Shown here piece after piece: positions 63,701-64,000 of a stretch of DNA of 64,000 nt. Under the pieces are notes generated by a model. That model searched no databases. It saw only the letters and a list, made by a program, of their open reading frames with translations, and was not told the origin of the DNA. A program made the translations under genes and the position numbers. Each line of letters starts with the position of its first letter. The stretch's first letter is position 1. The DNA comes from Raillietiella orientalis (lineage: Eukaryota), in the NCBI GenBank assembly GCA_036172245.1, contig JAYWIR010000028.1, positions 682,001 through 746,000 on the forward strand, in the 5' to 3' direction.

Positions 63701-64000
63701 TGGAAAAAATTCTCATCCTGGTTTTCCAGGAGAGGAAAAGTTGAAAATGGAAAGGTCAGCCCCTCCCCGTTAGGAAGGGGGTATGGGTGTCCCTCCGGAG
63801 AGAATGAGGAAGGAGATTCCCTTCGGGGTTCCCCTTCGGAGACAACCAGGGGGGGAGGCGCGATCCCCCCCGGACGGGGGGGATCTCTCCCCAAGTGTGA
63901 GAGGAACGGACTCCGAGCCCTTCCTGACCCTTCATAGGGCGGACCCAAAGCATGTAGGGGTGATGGAAATCGCCCCCAAATCCACCATTGTCCTCAGCTT

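Overview
Eukaryotic genomic DNA, most likely an invertebrate such as an arthropod (inferred from gene content). I find two spliced protein-coding genes, both on the minus strand. (1) A KChIP/neuronal-calcium-sensor EF-hand gene with four exons that join in frame by hand (32692-32575, 23862-23793, 15300-15230, 11417-11208). The two middle exons are not in their coding frame in the ORF track. The first exon and the EF4 exon were not found with confidence. (2) A peritrophin/intestinal-mucin-like gene (57799-51083, three exons, about 2110 aa) with a signal-like hydrophobic stretch, two CBM14 chitin-binding domains and about 215 tandem 24-bp units encoding SSPSSPTV. Almost all variation between units is synonymous. 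The array also gives a 1812-codon antisense ORF, (GELTVGED)n, which is probably a shadow. This gene sits in an AT-rich, strand-skewed island (about 50.5-57.9 kb) that differs from its flanks. The rest of the window holds many decayed non-LTR retrotransposon remnants of the restriction-like-endonuclease type (NeSL/Utopia/R2-like), a ~165-bp fold-back inverted duplication and a perfect 32-bp palindrome. No rRNA, tRNA, CRISPR or prokaryotic features were recognised. I cannot claim a wholly new system; the best candidates for follow-up are the mucin island and the divergent EF-hand gene.
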